From Candidatus Aminicenantales bacterium (lineage in GTDB: Bacteria > Acidobacteriota > Aminicenantia > Aminicenantales > UBA4085): a stretch of DNA of 64,000 nucleotides. The position numbers and the translations under genes are program-made. The notes beneath the pieces are model-generated. The model searched no databases. It saw nothing but the letters and a program-made list of their open reading frames with translations, and had not been told where the DNA came from. Location: contig JBEKTZ010000001.1 of the NCBI GenBank assembly GCA_049515535.1, positions 144,599-208,598 of the forward strand, read 5' to 3'. Positions within the stretch are counted from its first letter, which is position 1, and each line of letters starts with the position of its first letter. Positions 60,851 to 64,000 of the stretch are shown in pieces.

Positions 60851-63670
60851 CATGAGGGGGGGCTGATTATTAATCGGGATAAAAAGTGTATTTAGGTATT
60901 GGCTTATCCGAACTGATTCACTAAAAATAACAGTGTAGTTAATAGTTGAGCTTTTAGTAGGATCAGCTCCAGCTTGGTGAATAGTCACTGTAAGCGGAAT
61001 ATATTCAAAAGCACCAATATCCGGGGCCGCTCTTTGAGGGCGAGTAGTACCGGCAAAATCAGATGCAAATCCAGTGACAGTTGTTCCGGCGTCAATTAAA
61101 GGCGATGAAGCAAGTAAGTGAAAATCTCCGATCCCTGAATTAACAAAAGCCGGGTCAGCTCCCGACCAAGTCGCGCTTCCGGCGTCAGTATAAGTTCCTG
61201 TCCCGCCTTTACATGAATCCTTAAACCAATTATTGCTGCCAGTAAGTGTTGCCCCTAATCCAACAAAAACATCATTTGTTTTTGAGTTATAAATGACATT
61301 ATTTTTTAAAGTCGCACTGCTGGCAGCGTTAATCCCGTATCTCCCAGAACCGAATATTGTATTGTAATAATAGTTTATACTCGCACTACCATTGCTAATA
61401 ATGGCATCGTTTGTTAATCCGTTGAAAACGGAGTCGTGCAAATCAACATTTGTTGTATTACTGGATAAGAGAGCTCCGTTTATTCCCTGGAATTTAAAAT
61501 TACCAATATCTAAATAGTTATTATCATTGGTGTTAATTGCGCCTCTACTGTCAAATGGTAATTTGCTAAATTTGAAATCATCAATGTAAAAAGTAATGGG
61601 ATTTTGGTAAGGATAAAAATATATTGCATTCAATTTTCCACCAGCAGTTATAGTTTTTATTCCGTTGACATTGAGCCATAATTGATTATCTACATACATT
61701 TTGAAGCTACCGCTCGTCGAATGAAGATAATCTTCAATATACATTTTATGCCAACTTCCGCTAGTAAGGCTTTTCCTGCTGGGAATTGCCCAATTGCTAT
61801 TCTGTGGTGCATCTAAGACAATTTCGTTTTGATAAGCTGAGTTAGCAGGGGGTTTAAGCAAAGTTCTAAACTCGTAGCTTGAATTATCCAGAATACTGAA
61901 CATATTTTGATCACTATTATCTGTCTGATCATTAGGGTAATAAAACCAGTAACTAATATACATTGTGTCCCCTTCGTTAATATTAGTCGTCACTACGTTC
62001 TTTAGCCTTAGATAAACTGCACCTGATTTTCCTCGAACAACCTTCGCAGATTGGGCACCTTCATGGACAATTGATGTATCGGCCGTAATTGAGCCCCCGG
62101 TTTCATTTACGGTAAAATTCCACGATCCTTTTTCTGACTCAAATGTTTCAGCTACTGCTGGAACGTTTGCTATATTTCCTCCTGAAAATATTGAGGTTGT
62201 ATTTCCCCGAACCGATATTTTACTTGTGCTGTTTCCGCTCCACCCTGCCATTAGAGGATCAGAATATGTATTAGTGCCAACAAATCTAACTGTGTCTCCA
62301 GGCTGAATATCTAACATCTCCAGGTAGTTAAGTGTTTTAATTGGCCTTGATTGGGAAATGCCAATATTAGTCCAGTCGACACCATTATTGCCATCAACAT
62401 AGAAAGTGCTATTAACTGGTATGACTCTCCCTATAGATCCTCTAAATGATTTTCCGCCCGATCCATTACCTGTTCCATACAGACCACTCCAATTAGTAGC
62501 ATAATAGGATGGAAGTCCAACAGACCCATTCGAACCGGTTACATTGCTAAATGTATTTCCATAATCTTTTACAACCTGCCATGTTGTGCCGTGATCGTCT
62601 GAAGCAAGAATTTTACTGAAATAATTTCCACTTTTACAAGTAAACTCAGTGGTACTATTAGCAAAGAATATTACGACACCATTATCATCAACGTGTGCCC
62701 AGTTCCAAACAGCACAAGTAGGCAAAATATAAACATATTCCATAGACTGAGTAGTGCCATTATCATTTATTCTAGCAATAGAACGCGCATTAATGTTTGG
62801 ACTATGCATATCTAAGCCAACATATATATAAGATGAATCTGAAGTCATAGCTGTTACTTCTACTCCTTTGCCGTTGGGGTCAGTTGGCAGGATAAAACTA
62901 AAATAAATGGCTGAAATATCATCGGCGTTAATCTTATTAGAAGGAAGTTTTAATATTCCATGGTCGTTGTCTCCTATAGCTACGTAAAGTGAGTCACGGT
63001 AGGGATCATAATAAACTTGATGAATATGTCTTTCAGATGGCCAACTCGCAACATTAGTCCAAGTTCCATTGGGCCTTCTCCGCCACAAATAAGCACCTGT
63101 TGATGATGATGTATACTCTCCTGCCCATACGTTTCCGTATTTATCCTCCGTAAAATTCCAAATATACCCATTGCCGCTAGCATCAATAAATTGTTGGACT
63201 GGAGTGAAGTTTAGGCCATCTGTACTCTCGAAAATATATGACTTACTATCATCGGTTTTTACTCCCCCAATATAAACAATTCCACGGCTATCTAAAAACA
63301 TATCTCCTACTGTACGGCTTGGGCTTGGAGTTCCCACATCGTTCCATTTTGTTCCATCAAACATGCAAGTGCCATAAACTTGGTTGATGGCGGTTATCTT
63401 ATCTTTTTGAACCATCATGGAACCAGCCCTATAAGCATGAGAAACTACACCCTTATCAACTTGAATCCATCTCAAAGTGGTGGCATAAACAGAAGAATGA
63501 AAAGATAAGAAGAAAGCTATAGAGCAAAAAAAGGAGAAAAGATATTTTACACCATAGCGAAACCGTTTACTCTTTCTCTTTCTCAATTTTGATCCCAAAG
63601 CTGGAAGCAATGGTGAACTCGCCCTCTGATTAGGTCCATTTTTCAGATTAGAAAAATATTTGTAAATCAT
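60845..63670 (-). CDS. AT-rich secreted multidomain protein (propeller-like, ConA-like and beta-helix/choice-of-anchor Q), probably C-terminally truncated
   Basis: Signal peptide, Asp-boxes (STDG, SDDHGTTW), FYVDG...G.D, DPAFV...GDFHL...SPLIDAG...PDIGAFE. Start is either ATG 63670 or TTG 63586. Confidence 0.75.
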   Translation of the reverse strand: MIYKYFSNLKNGPNQRASSPLLPALGSKLRKRKSKRFRYGVKYLFSFFCSIAFFLSFHSSVYATTLRWIQVDKGVVSHAYRAGSMMVQKDKITAINQVYGTCMFDGTKWNDVGTPSPSRTVGDMFLDSRGIVYIGGVKTDDSKSYIFESTDGLNFTPVQQFIDASGNGYIWNFTEDKYGNVWAGEYTSSSTGAYLWRRRPNGTWTNVASWPSERHIHQVYYDPYRDSLYVAIGDNDHGILKLPSNKINADDISAIYFSFILPTDPNGKGVEVTAMTSDSSYIYVGLDMHSPNINARSIARINDNGTTQSMEYVYILPTCAVWNWAHVDDNGVVIFFANSTTEFTCKSGNYFSKILASDDHGTTWQVVKDYGNTFSNVTGSNGSVGLPSYYATNWSGLYGTGNGSGGKSFRGSIGRVIPVNSTFYVDGNNGVDWTNIGISQSRPIKTLNYLEMLDIQPGDTVRFVGTNTYSDPLMAGWSGNSTSKISVRGNTTSIFSGGNIANVPAVAETFESEKGSWNFTVNETGGSITADTSIVHEGAQSAKVVRGKSGAVYLRLKNVVTTNINEGDTMYISYWFYYPNDQTDNSDQNMFSILDNSSYEFRTLLKPPANSAYQNEIVLDAPQNSNWAIPSRKSLTSGSWHKMYIEDYLHSTSGSFKMYVDNQLWLNVNGIKTITAGGKLNAIYFYPYQNPITFYIDDFKFSKLPFDSRGAINTNDNNYLDIGNFKFQGINGALLSSNTTNVDLHDSVFNGLTNDAIISNGSASINYYYNTIFGSGRYGINAASSATLKNNVIYNSKTNDVFVGLGATLTGSNNWFKDSCKGGTGTYTDAGSATWSGADPAFVNSGIGDFHLLASSPLIDAGTTVTGFASDFAGTTRPQRAAPDIGAFEYIPLTVTIHQAGADPTKSSTINYTVIFSESVRISQYLNTLFIPINNQPPLML

Positions 63671-63765
63671 TTTTGTTCGCCTCCGGAACCGCCTCTGGAA
63701 GAAGTTCGGGATCCGCTTCGCTTTCCGCAAATTCTTCTGAAGTCACATTGCCCAAGGAGCTGTGT
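63614..63765 (-). mobile_element. Probable IS3-family 3' remnant
   Basis: Minus strand encodes HSSLGNVTSEEFA, resembling the IS3 OrfB C-terminal HSSLG..TP.EF motif, followed by an end ...AATGGACCTAATCAGAGGGCGAGTTCA where the AT-rich DNA begins. Confidence 0.55.
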
Positions 63766-63773
63766 CACCTAAA

Positions 63774-64000
63774 TTATAAGAACCGGATGCTTGTTTTCCA
63801 GACGTCCGGGTCCAGGCGCAAGATGTCCCTTAACGCGTTCAAGTCTTTGATGTCCCGCTTCCAGCGCTGGATGAGCGCCGGATAAAACTTTTCCGCGTCG
63901 ACGGGCCAGACCGTCTTGAGCGTCTTGAACACGAACGCCTTTTCTTCCTCGCTCAACCCCGCCCATTGCAGCAGGAAATTATAAACGACGTTCACGTTCA
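63774..64000 (-). CDS. 3' part of a host-like hypothetical gene entering from the right edge
   Basis: Open frame with GC-rich host-type codons up to the window end; stops at the junction with the IS3-like remnant. Confidence 0.55.
   Translation of the reverse strand, partial: NVNVVYNFLLQWAGLSEEEKAFVFKTLKTVWPVDAEKFYPALIQRWKRDIKDLNALRDILRLDPDVWKTSIRFL

Noticed and set aside
63762..63774. 13-nt match to the SP6 promoter (ATTTAGGTGACAC, minus strand) suggesting vector contamination
   Set aside because: It lacks the TATAG continuation and any other vector sequence; treated as chance, although it sits at a junction.

Overview
GC-rich bacterial chromosomal window. The gene content (Oar-type TonB receptor, DUF5916, many secreted peptidases and glycosidases, lpxC) indicates a diderm heterotroph, possibly Acidobacteriota/Ca. 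Aminicenantia; that placement is inference only. Layout: 1-13 kb fucose/glycan-utilisation locus (SSS transporter, mutarotase, three GH29, GH38-like); 13-48 kb transporters, peptidases, glpK, higBA and a TBDR; 48-59.5 kb housekeeping genes (glmS, glmU, lpxC, larB, dnaG, rpoD, tRNA-CAT) interrupted by an IS1111-type IS110 element; 59.5-64 kb accessory debris (broken mazEF, IS remnants, an AT-rich truncated surface protein). Two observations stand out. (1) A palindromic mini-element occurs six times, always in the same orientation; its short form adds exactly 63 bp (21 codons) and sits in frame inside two protein genes. (2) The IS1111-type element has a right-end RNA whose four guide segments match its own target and donor sites, and 2 kb away lies an orphan sibling end with an altered guide and a different flank. 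All calls were made by eye from the sequence and ORF track; no searches were run.
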